Positions 42,062 to 56,860 of a stretch of DNA of 64,000 nucleotides are shown in pieces (within the stretch, counting starts at the first letter, position 1; the number at the start of each line of letters is the position of its first letter). The notes below the pieces were generated by a model, which saw nothing but the letters and a program-made list of their open reading frames with translations, did not search any database and was not told the DNA's origin. The position numbers and the translations under genes are program-made. Source of the stretch: Octopus vulgaris (Eukaryota); assembly GCA_951406725.2 (NCBI GenBank), contig OX597827.1:27528001-27592000 (forward strand), in the 5' to 3' direction.

Positions 42062-42785
42062 GAATTTAGACCAGGAAAACTTGCCCCTCTTCATTAATAA
42101 TAGGAATAGAAATTTTCTTGGAACAAATGGGAGCAACCTCCTTACTAATAATGAGTGCACCATACCTGTCAGAGATAATATAAATGTAATAGATCATACC
42201 ACTACTACCAATACTAGTACTAGTGATAGGAATATAGCCGATAATGTGGAATTAACTCATTCGTTGATTTTGGGTTTGGATGATGATAACAATTGTAACA
42301 CTTATAATGTGAATAGTAGTACAGGGGTGGTGTCCAATCTTAGATTTCCTCATTCTGTTAATCTTTGTAATTGCAGAAATAAAAATAAATGTGTATTTGG
42401 TAATCAATGCCTCAGGAAGGAGGTAGTTTACCAATGCACTGTAGATACACAATTGAGTAGTAGAGTGTATATCGGGGCAACTATGAATAGCATAAAACAA
42501 AGATGGAATTATCATAGATATACTTTTAGGAATAAAAATAGAATGTACTCTACAGGGCTAAGTGCATATATTTGGGAACTTAAAAGTAAGAACTTAGATT
42601 TTAGATTAAACTGGAAAATACTAACTTCAGCACCTGTGTATAATGGAAAAAATAAAAAATGCTCTCTATGTATTAATGAAATTTTCTTCATTATTAAAGC
42701 GGGTCGGCAAATTATTAATAACATTAATGAGAAAAGCTTCTTTTGTATTCATAGACTACCGTTCACCTTTTCTAGATTCAAATAG
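42062..42785 (+). pseudogene. Mirror copy of the PLE linker and GIY-YIG endonuclease
   Basis: Translation identical to the C-terminal 233 aa of the minus-strand ORF. Confidence 0.85.
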
Positions 42786-44880
42786 AACTTAGCACTTCCA
42801 CTATTATCAATTTTTAATTCCCTTCTTTAACTAAATATACCTGTGGTCTTCTATAATTCTAAAGTATACATTTTATAAATTTCATAATTTTATAATTTTT
42901 ATAGCTACATTTGTATAATAACTAATTGGATGTGTCTAGTATTATTGGTTTCTTGGTTTTTGTATGTGGGTTTTTGTTTGTTTTTTTTAAGAGAAATGCA
43001 ATATGACATAAAATAACATATTCATTTTGGTATTTGCCTTGTAATGTGTGATTTTTGAAGTTTTCCAATATTGCATAGTATATTGCAAAGTATATATGTA
43101 TATCTTGGTTAGATACCTAGCTCTGGATAATGTAATGATATTGTATAATATGTAATATATGAGAGCCTTTTGTGAGTTTGGTGGGTTTAGGTTGAGATTA
43201 TGGGTTTTTTGTATGTGCTGATTTGGAAGGTTTTTATTATATATTTGGTCTTTTTGTACTCACCTTAATTTGTATCTTATGTTATTCACTGATAAACCTT
43301 TTTCATTTTTTTCATTTTCTCATTTACATGCATTTTGCTTTATAATTGTTACCAGCCTCATATATTTAGTTTATATCTATAGTCCTCTGGATCTGTACTT
43401 TAAACTATCCTTCCATACATATTTACTTTCAACAATATAAAATATATATATTCACTTTATTTATTTTTATTTATTTCCCATTTTATTGTAATATTATCAA
43501 TATTTGCATCTAGTCTTCTATTTATTTATTTATTTGCCTATTTAAGTGTGGATGTTTACATACATATCAAGTCATTTAATTTGTTACCTATTTATTCTTT
43601 ACTTATTTACTTATACTGGTGTAGTTTTATACATACATATCTATCATTTCTTTTTATTTATTTTAATAATATATGAATACATATATACTAGTTTGTACTT
43701 ATAATTATGTGTATAACCGTATTTATTCCTTCGTATTTATTCCTTTTTATTTATTTTATCTCTTTTCATATTAAGTCTTTATAGTATAAAATTTATTTAA
43801 AATTTCTGTGATGTTCTCATAAGCGTTTACATTAATACTTCCCCCTCTATTTTTTATTGCCTAAACTGGTATATTTTGGCACTATATTTGTTAAGTTAAT
43901 AAGTGACTTATTTATAATATCTAAATTAATATATTTTATATTTTATATTTTATAATTTAGCGTACTTTAAATCATAACAAACTTACGATAAACATAACAA
44001 CCGTATGTTTACTCTGCAACAAACCGGTGTTACAAATTTTAAGTTACCCATGAAATAATTATCTGAATTAGTAACATACTGATATTTAAAAATACATTTA
44101 TATCTTAATTAAATATTTTATAGAATGCATGGATGGTTCTTTTTTTGTTATTGAGGCTCAGTTATAATTTTGAAGGACTTAGTGTTAGCATGGTTGCTTC
44201 CCTATTTGTTTATCTAAGTGTTAGTTGTTGCTTATGATTATGTATATGTACAAGTGTATGTATATACATATAACTATGTGTGTATGTGCGATTGATCTGT
44301 AGATGCGTGTGTGAATATTGGCGTTCCCTGACTAACCAACCGTATAATTTTCTTTTGTGATTTAAATTTCAAACCAATAGCCAATCGAATTAATCTAAAT
44401 TTTCTTTACCTAGTGGTCAGCATTTCTTAACTCATAGTTATTTCGATCTTGGAAGGATGGACTTGGTGATAACTTAACTGTATCTATTTTTATTATTTTT
44501 TTTTATTATTATTACTATTATTATTATTATTATTATTATTATTATCAATAGTAATTTTTATTAACTTTTATAGCTTTAGAATTTTGTGAACTGTACCACG
44601 GATTTAATTATTATTATTTTTCATCTCCATATGTGTTAGCCCCTTTTTTTATTAAAAAAAACTATTAGCTAAATATGTATGATATCGGTACTTATTAATA
44701 TTATATATACACTGTTATATATTTTGTTTTATTTTGTTCTGGTTACCTTCCTTTTTGTACAAATATGTATTATATTATACAAGTGTAGCATTATGATGTA
44801 TAAGTTTTTATATTTTACTTTTTTATATTTTTATATTTATATGTATATGATTATATAATATTTTTCACTATTATAACAAA

Positions 44881-45010
44881 TTTAATTTAATTCTCTGAAG
44901 AGGCCGTGGGGCATCTTTGTTAATGCCTCATTTATACCTGCCTTTATGGCTTATAGGTTAAATGAGGTATGACTGTCCCCACTGCCGAAACAGCTGTCAG
45001 TTTTGATTTA
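44881..45010 (+). ncRNA. Type I hammerhead ribozyme with an 85-nt extended stem II
   Basis: CUGAAGA 44895-44901; stem II GGCcGUGGGG/CCCCACuGCC enclosing AUGCCUCAUUUA/UAAAUGAGGUAU; GAAA 44987-44990; palindromic stem III ACAGCUGU; GUC cleavage after 44998; stem I is 2 bp plus an AU-rich extension. Confidence 0.82.
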
Positions 45011-45383
45011 TTTGCATATTGTATTTGTAATTTTTTACTTATATCTCTTTATCTTTTTACTTTTACTTTTACTTTTACTATTACTGTATATCTCATTTCA
45101 TTTTATATATTGCCTTTACTCCTATGTAATGGTGTATTAAAGTATGGATTGAGTATCATCGGATAGTTGATGTTCTATTGATTTAAGTATGTTTCTCCAT
45201 TCTCTAATTTTGTAGTATTAATTTACGGTAATATTATTACCCTTACCCATTTAATACAATAGATGAACTGATTGCTTGACAATTTCTAACATCTATGTAT
45301 TAATTTTTGTTGGGTACCTATCTAGCAGTATATTGGATATATATTATCCCATGGTGGGTTGAATTTTCAACCCCTATCTCATT

Positions 45384-45414
<31 letters not shown>

Positions 45415-45460
45415 GTTTATATATATGTATATACATATATATACACATATATGTATATAT

Positions 45461-45508
<48 letters not shown>

Positions 45509-45520
45509 TTATATATATGT

Positions 45521-45579
<59 letters not shown>

Positions 45580-45974
45580 ACTGCTACAGTTGTTGTTGTT
45601 TGATGATTTTTGTTAATCTTTTATGATCTATCTAGGTGTTGTTGGTATTGCTATTACTCAGCGTTCAAAACATTGACTCATATCGTCCGTCATTACTGTA
45701 AAGTCTACTGAAACAATACGATTTAATCTGTAAAGTCTTATTCGTATAACATTTGTTATTTGTTTTCGAGATTTTTTTTCTTCTCTTTCGTTGTTTGCCC
45801 TCTTCAGTCTACGTCATTTAAAACATTTTAGTGATCAGTAGCATACCGACATACCAGCATGAACACACCACACACTAATATATCTATATCTCTATATATA
45901 TATTTATATATCTTTATTCATATATAAGCATGTGTATATACATATATATATATATAGAGAGAGAGAGAGAGGGA

Positions 45975-46022
<48 letters not shown>

Positions 46023-46318
46023 CAGAGAGCGATACAGAGAGAGATCGTGAAAGAAGGAGATAATAATCTTGAAGAAATAAATATTCTTGAGAGTTTCTCC
46101 GAAGTTTCGACCAATGAAGTCATCGTCGAACGGCACCCGACGATGGTTTAACTAATCGAACATTCGTAGTTAGTGTCAATAGTATTTTCGTTTATGAATA
46201 ATAAATTTTATTCTACAAAGTCACAGAGAAAGGCACCAGATTGCTGTAAAATTGTTTTATTATAACTGAATATAAAAACGAACATTAAATACCGCACACA
46301 CACACAAATACACACACG

Positions 46319-46368
<50 letters not shown>

Positions 46369-46627
46369 ATAATATATATTTTTGCATATTTACATACATG
46401 TATGTACATAGCTACATATATATGTATATATTCATGGATATATGGGGTATAGGACGTAAAAATTAACGTAAACAAAGTGAGAAACGAGAACAGGAAAATA
46501 TAAACATGGGAAACGAACATTTTTTTCGAACAACGAAAGAAACAAATAGAGAAACGAGGCAGGCAACAAAAAGAACAATCCCGTCATCAGTTGTCCCCTG
46601 TTTTATCTAGTCCGCATATATATATAA

Positions 46628-47025
46628 AGGCGCAGGAGTGGCTGTGTGGTAAGTAGCTTGTTTACCAACCACACGGTTCCGGGTTCAGTCCCACTGCGTG
46701 GCACCTTGGGCAAGTGTCTTCTACTATAGCCTCGGGCCGACAATAGCCTTGTGAGAGGATTTGGTAGACGGAAACTGAAAGAAGTCCGTCGTATATATGT
46801 ATATATATGCGTGTGTGTGTTTGTGTGTCTGTGTTTGTCCCTCTAGCATTGCTTGACAACCGATGCTGGTGTGTTTATGTCCCCGTTACTTAGCGGTTCG
46901 GCAAAAGAGACCGATAGAATAAGTACTGGGCTTACAAAAAGGATAAGTCCCGGGGTCGAGTTGCTCGATTAAAGGTGGTGCTTCAGCATGGCCGCAGTCA
47001 TATGACTGAAACAAGTAAAAAAAAA
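46628..47025 (+). mobile_element. Family A SINE, full length
   Basis: Near-identical to the 33217 and 37117 copies. Confidence 0.9.
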
Positions 47026-47048
47026 TATACATACATATATATAGATAC

Positions 47049-47086
<38 letters not shown>

Positions 47087-47092
<6 letters not shown>

Positions 47093-47294
47093 TCAGGGTG
47101 AATACTTGATAATTGTAAGCACCTGTATATACCATTTGGTGGTGTAGGTGGTAGAGTATATTTAATCAAAATAAAAACATGATGCCAAGGATTCAGCGGT
47201 AAATATGTTTCGGGCCTTGTTATAAATCCGTCTCATAAAGGCGCGAAACATATGTACCGCTGAATCCTTGGCATCATGTTTTTATTTTGATTAA
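47087..47294. mobile_element. Miniature head-to-head inverted PLE-type end: 57-bp arms, 19-bp spacer, one-sided tail
   Basis: 47162-47218 versus 47238-47294 with 2 mismatches; the right arm contains CGAAACATATGTA (3' half of an HHR); (TA)n on both flanks. Confidence 0.72.
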
Positions 47295-48155
47295 TATATA
47301 TATATATATATGTGTGTATGTATGTATGTATGTATGTATGTCTGTATGTATGTATGTATGTATGTATGTATGTATGTATGTATGTATGTTTAGATAATTG
47401 TACTTTCACATACGGTGGTATAAATACACAGAAACACACGCAAATACGTGTGTGTATTTGTGTGTTTATTCGTGCACATGTACTTAATACATAACTCAGG
47501 ATATAAAAAGTAAATGTCTGCTATGCTAAATTCCTGATAATTACTTTTAAATTGCCTATTTTTTTAACATTTTTATTTTTTTACAAATCAATGTTCATTG
47601 TCATAATTTAATAACTATGATCACGTGATACTTATTTTTTTTTTGTTGCCAAAATTTGAAATAAAGATTTTCGCCTGTTTATTCCTAAATTTCCTAAATT
47701 TCTTCTTTCCTCTCAAATTTCTTTCTCCACTTAGATTTCTTAAGATTCGCATGAAAATTTCTTTTAAGCAAAGGTTCGATATCATAATTAATTGATTTTT
47801 TTTTTTCAAACATAATTTAGATAATACAAGGTCAGAATGACTTGCACTAATATGAAGGAGGTGAAAGATTTTTATTTTTCAATTTTTCCAACAAGAGAAA
47901 CACTCTTTCAATTCATGATGAAGGTCGTACCTTCCGGACTAACGCAAATGAAGGAGGAACAAAGAAGAAGGAGTAAAAAACCCAAACAAAAAAATCTCAA
48001 AAACCGAGTCACAAAAGAAGTAATATCCATTTTAACACATCTCGTCACCAGATATGGTTCTGAAAGAATTCTAAATTTGCAGTGCCTAAAAGCCTCTAGT
48101 TCTATATACATATATACACACATACGTACACACATTCATACATAATTATAGTGAA

Positions 48156-48217
<62 letters not shown>

Positions 48218-48420
48218 ATATACACACATGCACACACATATGCAACTGTATGTAAAGATATATATTCATATATATATATGTGTGTGTATATATATATATA
48301 CACACACACGTCTATACACCCATTCGCTCACACAGATATTCATGCACACACAGACACACACACATGCACACACACACACATACACACACGTATACAAGTA
48401 TATGTGAAAATATATGTTCA

Positions 48421-48466
<46 letters not shown>

Positions 48467-50374
48467 TCATCAAACCGGCGGACAAAGGCGGAGCCGTGGT
48501 GGTGTGGCGCGCGGATCTCTACAGGGAGGAAGCGCTCAGCCAGCTTCAAAATCCCCTCTTCTATCGCCTCCTCCCCTCTGATCCCACCTCTTCCTACCAA
48601 CAGCGAGTGTCCTCCACTATCCGCGAACTCATCTCCTCTTCTGCTCTCCCCCCACCGCCACCAACCTCATCGTCCGCACTCCCCGCACCTCCACCATCTA
48701 TTTCCTTCCCAAAATTCATAAGCCCAATAACCCTGGCCGCCCCATCATTTCCGCCTGTAATTGCCCAACTGAACACATTTCCCTATACCTCGACCGCATC
48801 CTGTCCCCCTTAGTCAAAGCCCTCCCTTCCCACATACACGATACCAACCACAACTCCTCCGTCTCTTCAATTCCTTTTCCTTACCTTCCAGCCCCTCACA
48901 CCTCCTCTTCACCCTTGACATCAAATCCCTGTATACGGTACTTCCCCACAACGACGGTCTCCTAGCTCTCCAACACTTCCTCGACCGTCGTCCCGACCCC
49001 ACCCCTAGCACCCCCACCCTCCTCCGCCTGGCAGAGCTCGTCCTAACCCTCAACTATTTCACTTCGCCGGGGAAACGTACCAACAGGTGTCTGGGGTCGT
49101 GATGGGAACGAGAATGGGCCCCAATTTCGCCAATCTCTTTGTTGGCTACATTGAGGCCCAAGTATTCTCCCAATTCTCCGGGCCGACCCCAGAACTATAC
49201 GGTCGTTACATAGCCGACTGTATAGGCTCCACCTCCCTTTCCCGCGAACAACTCTGCCACTTCATCTCTTTCCTCTCTAACTTCCACCCCTCTCTACAAT
49301 TCACTTCCACCATATCCAATACTTCCGTTAACTTCCTTGATATCTCACTCAGCATCGACCCCCCACTCTCTCACCACCTCCGCCTTCTTCAAACCCACGG
49401 ATTCCCACCTCTATCTCAACTTCTCCTCCTCCCATCCCTTCCACACAAAACGGGCCATCCACTACTCCCAGTTCCTCCGCCTCCGACGCTTGTACAGCCG
49501 CGACCAGGATTTCGAGACCCAGTCTCAATACCTGGCCCGCCTGTTCAGGCTTCGAGGATACCCACCTACCCTGGTCTTGAACGCCCTCGCCCGCGCTCGT
49601 CGCATCGACCGCACCACCGCCCTTTCTCCTTCCAATCACCCCCCACGCACCCCCTTTCCTCTCCTTTTCCACCCCTCTACTCTACCCCTTCGTCGGAAGA
49701 TACTTCGTGCCTTCCGTCGTCTCCAGCTCGATTCCACGACCCACCCCATATTCCCCAACCCACCCCTGTCCTCCTTCAAACGAGCCCGGAATCTACGCGA
49801 CCTCCTGGTCCGTAGCACCCTCCCTTCTTTCCTCTCGGCCCCACTCGGATCCTTCCCGTGCTCCAGATCCCGCTGCAACACCTGCCCCTTCATCACCAAC
49901 ACCACTGCTGTCACCGGTTCCAACCGGCGAACTGTACGTATCAGGCATTCTTTTACGTGCACCTCGTCTGGACTCATATACTGCATTAAATGCAACCTCT
50001 GCGGAATGCTGTATATAGGACAGACGGGACGCCGGTTGTCAGACCGATTCGCCGAACATCTGAGGGATGTTCGTCTACTGTCCAATTCTCCCGTCGCACG
50101 TCACTTCCGCTCGGCCAGCCATTCCCCCGATGACATCTCGGTGTTTGGTCTTGCCCCACACAACGGCTCTCCACAATCTAGGCTTCACTTGGAGCAACGG
50201 CTCATATTCCTTCTACAGACTCTAACCCCACACGGACTCAACACAGCCCCCTCCTCTTAGTGACTGCGCTCCACTTCTTCCCACTAGCATCTTTTATTTT
50301 TTATTTATTATTTATTAATTATTATTTATTTTTTTATTTTATATTTTTTAATTTTTAAAATTGTCCTTATGCAG

Positions 50375-52990
50375 TCACACACACACACATACTCACGTAC
50401 CCACGAACACACCTACTCCCAACACACCTCACACACACAACGTACATGCACATGTACGAACACATACTTCCACACCTATACACATACCCACACACCCACA
50501 CACCCCCACGTGCACACACACACACATGCCCGTGCACACACACCAGGGACAAAACTGATACAGATACGCACATCCTATAAACACCTAGCTGAGACGCACA
50601 GATACACGCACGTAAGCGCACACACGCACACAAGCACGCGCATGTACCTCACGCCCACACAACTCCAAACCCCCCACACGCATACATTAACACACACACA
50701 TATATACGTACACACACATAATACATACATAGATACATTCATACATACATACATACACACACACGCATACATACATACATACATACATACATACATACAC
50801 ACACATACACACACATACATACATACACACATACATACACACACATACACATATGCACACATACATACATTCACACACACACACATACATACACACATAC
50901 ATACATACATACACACACATACATATACATACACACATACACACACACATACCCACACACATACACACACATACATATACACACATACGTACACACACGC
51001 ACATACACACATCCACGCATGCACACATGCATACATATATACACATACATACACACACACATGCATACGCACATACATACACACACACACTTACATACAT
51101 ACATACATACACACACATACATACACACACACATACACACATACATACACACACATACACACATACATACATACACACATACTTACATACACACACATAC
51201 ATATACATACATACAAACACAAACATACACACATACACACATACATACATACATACACACACACATACATACACACATACATACAGAGACACATATATAC
51301 ACACACATACATATACATACATACAGACACACACATGCACACATACACGCATGCACACATACATACATACACATACATACACACACGCACATACATACTA
51401 TACACACATACACATGCACACATACATGCATACACACACGCGTACATATACATACATACATACACATACACATACACACACACTTACACACATACACCCG
51501 TACATACATACATACACACACACTTACATACACACACATACATACATACTTACACACATACACACATACACACATACATACATACACACACGCATACATA
51601 TGCATACACAAACACATACACACATACATGTATACACACATACATACACACATACATACATAGATACATACATACACAAACATACATATACATACATACA
51701 CACACACATATACACACACACATACACACATACGCACGCACGCACACATACATACATACACACACATACATACACACACACGTACATACATACATACATA
51801 CATACACACACACTTACACATATACACACATACATACACACACATACATACATACATACATACATTCATACACACACATACACACATACACACACATACA
51901 TACATACATACGCACATACATACACAAACATATACACACATACACGCACACATACACACACATATATATACATACATACACACACACATACACACATACA
52001 CGCATGCACACATAATACATACATACACACATACATACACTACATACATAGATACATACATACATACGCACACACATACATATACATACATACGTACACA
52101 CATGCACATACACACATACACGCATGCATAAATACATACATACACACATACTTACATACATACATACACACACACTTACACACATACACACACACATACA
52201 TACATACGTACGTACATACATACACACACACATACATACACACACACATACATACATACATACACACATACCCACACATACACACATACTTACATACACA
52301 TACGCATACATACACACATACACACACACATACACACATATATACATACATTCACTCGCACGCACGTACACACACACGCACACACACACGCACACACACA
52401 CGCACACACACAACACATTTACATATATATACTATACACGCACACACACATATACACGTACAAACACACACAAACTCACATACACACCGACAGATATACA
52501 TACACAATATACACCTATCCGCGCACGCACACATACACATAAACACATACAAACGCACTCATACACGCACACACATACACGTACATACATACACATTCAC
52601 ACAAATGAACCCACACATACATCCCTACACACACACACGCACGTACAAGCACATACGCACACATACACTAGGTTAAGCAGTTACTCGCCACACACCCACA
52701 CTCTACGCATACACACACGAACACACACATGCACACACACACACTACAAACAACACACACACATGATACATATACTTACACGCACACACATATACCCCTT
52801 TTTTTTTGACCTGGCTTTGACCTGGTTGGATACAAACAAGCTAGCTGTCATAAAGGAGTGCCTTATGACAGCTAACTTGCCATTGCTTATTATTCACCAT
52901 ACATACACACACACACACACACACGCACGCACGCACGCACAAACACACTTGTCATCCTTGCACACACACACGCTTCCACACACATTCCTT
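50375..52990. repeat. ~2.6-kb degenerate (CA)/(CATA) low-complexity tract
   Basis: Mixed CACA/CATA/CACG units; source of the spurious His/Thr ORFs. Confidence 0.93.
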
Positions 52991-53131
52991 TTTTTTGAAA
53001 CTCTCTTGTTTTTAAAAATCATGATTCGTCTACCTCTCAACTTCTGTTCTTTCAACATGTGATCTCTTGAGCACCACCAGCAAAAATATTTTTTTCGTCT
53101 GTCTTCCCTTCTTGGGAATCTTTCCTTCTCC

Positions 53132-53167
53132 TTTTTTCCGACGAAGAGCCCCGCTCGAAACGTTAAG
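53132..53167 (+). ncRNA. Minimal hammerhead-like motif in the PLE pLTR (core CCGACGA)
   Basis: UUU-CCGACGA-A-GAGC(ccc)GCUC-GAAA-CGUU-AAG; no monomeric stem III, weak stem I. Confidence 0.5.
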
Positions 53168-54162
53168 CCCTCCTTCCCTTCTTTCCTGAGCGTCAAATAA
53201 TACTTTAATTGTTCCACGTCCTCGCGTTGCTGTGTGTTTTTCTGTGTTTTCTTGTTTGGATTAACTATACATATATATACACACACTCACGTCTATACAC
53301 TCATTCACTCACACATACATTCACGCGCGCACACAGACACACATAGGCACACACATATATGTATATATATATATGTGTATATATATATATACACACATAC
53401 ATATATATATGTATATACATACACACACATACACATATCTGTCTCGCATACACATATACACTCGCCCATACATTTCAACCTCTCACAAACGCGCACGCAC
53501 ACACACAGGCACATACACGCGCACGCGCGTAGGAATTAATGTACCTTTATACTTATAATGGAATAGTAAAAACAATCCGTATGTTAATTATAATATGTAT
53601 CTTTTATCAGACGCTGAGGCGTCATTAATCGCATCCATGAGATTCACGCGACCGATTATTCAAACTGTAACGAAACAGCCAGACAAAATATAAGCAAATA
53701 TAACCGCAAAAACACCGGCTTATATGTTTAATGAACAATATACAGAGATTCTATTAATTGCTTAAATAATCCGCTCAAAATTGCATCACACCTTTTATTC
53801 ACTTATTAACAGTAGAAATTAAAATTTTATCTATTTATTCGCGAAAACATTGATCCTTACACTTCTTGAATATCATATATATATGTACTTTGCAAAGAAA
53901 GTGATTAGCGTTAATGAAATTTTGGGGTTGATGAAAAGATGAATGACTCAAAAAATATATATAATATTTAAATATAAAAAAAATTGGTATCTTTTAAGGA
54001 AAGATTCTATAAAAAAATGAATTATTTTATACAGTAGGAGGACATTGTTCATTAAATAGAAACAGATTTGTCTTTCAATAATTCCAATTTTCTGTTCAGA
54101 AGTGGAAAAATGCTACTTAAACAATATATAGAAACCCTTTCTCCAATACCTTTGAATTAGAG

Positions 54163-54384
54163 CATTAGTTTTCAACCGGGTCCACATGGCCCTTGGGTGG
54201 TTCATTTACAGTTTTGCTGTTAAATTTTATCAGCAATACGTTGGTAATGCTTTTACGATACACAAAGTATTTTAATAATTTTTAATAGAATTCTCAATAA
54301 TCTTTAAATGGCTAGGAGGGACCATTCGAGTATAACCGGGATCAGAGGGGTCTTTGGATAAAGCAAAATAGTTCAGAAACATTG
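54163..54384. mobile_element. hAT-superfamily MITE with 8-bp TSD
   Basis: TSD AATTAGAG at 54155-54162 and 54385-54392; decayed TIRs CATTAGTTTTCAAC and GTTCAGAAACATTG (CAGTGGTTCTCAAC type). Confidence 0.75.
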
Positions 54385-54761
54385 AATTAGAGGGACACTA
54401 CAATAGACCAAGAGAGTTTATAATCGTGAATATTATCATCCTCAAGATCCAGATATATATGGAAAGTGATGTGTTAGGGTGTCTTTCTGAATGTATACTT
54501 GTGTTGTGTGAATCATATTTTAGTGCCCATGACAACAGCTTTTTTTATTTATCAAATGACTAGGTTGCATTGATGGTAATCATCTCGGTTGAGATCAGGA
54601 ACTAGCGCACGATGTATATTTACGCCAACCACTTTAGTGCAAGTGCTGTTTATTTATCTAAACTAGATCCCTGTGCAGGGCACGCATGCAGTATTATTCC
54701 TGAATAAGATCATTTGGCAGCACAAGTCAGATCAACTTCAAGTATTTACAAATACGTGAAT

Positions 54762-56416
<1,655 letters not shown>

Positions 56417-56795
56417 GACACAACCAATTATTTCCATAAAGCTTTTCCTTTCACTGTTATCTATTTTAGAAAGTTGAATTGCGTTGAGCGGGTAGGTATT
56501 AAAATTTCTACAAATGATCATTATTTTATGGCTGTTATGGTTGGTGATATGCAATTGATAATTCCATTATAGAATACGTGTTCTGTGGCCTTCAGTGTTC
56601 CATTTGTGTAATTAATCTCTGTCTTTATGATTAGTAAAACATCCTCAGTGTCAAAGGCAAAGGTAATCCGGCAGTAAATACAGCAGAGCATTGTGTCTGT
56701 CGCTCTAACGTTTTCTGCAAGCTTACTGCCTTCATAATAATAATAATAATAACAACAACAACAACAACAACAATAATAATAATAATAATAATAAT

Positions 56796-56856
<61 letters not shown>

Positions 56857-56860
<4 letters not shown>

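Larger units (their letters stand above)
38651..45390. mobile_element. Penelope-like element as a head-to-head inverted duplication (3159-bp arms, 252-bp spacer, 170-bp extra tail on the right arm) inside (TA)n
   Basis: Mirror positions sum to 83871 wherever checked (38651/45220, 38705/45166, 41086/42785, 41809/42062); GIY-YIG ORF and HHR in both arms. Confidence 0.92.
48466..53268 (+). mobile_element. Neptune-type Penelope-like retroelement, 5' truncated and frameshifted, with long CA-rich 3' region and pLTR-like end
   Basis: VIKPADKGGAVVVW; FTLDIKSLYT; GVVMGTRMGPNFANLF; YGRYIADC (degenerate RYIDD); PCSRSRCNTC; FTCTSSGLIYCIKCNLCGMLYIGQTGRRLSDRFAEH; LEQRLI; PHGLN; stop at 50260. Assignment of 50261-53268 to the same element is inferred. 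Confidence 0.88.

Noticed and set aside
47837-48145. 102-aa non-repetitive ORF
   Set aside because: No motif I recognise and no splice or start context; cannot be supported as a gene.
50369-53062. Long His/Thr/Tyr-rich ORFs (548 and 607 aa) and their Val/Cys antisense ORFs
   Set aside because: Translations of CA/CATA low-complexity DNA that lacks stop codons by composition.
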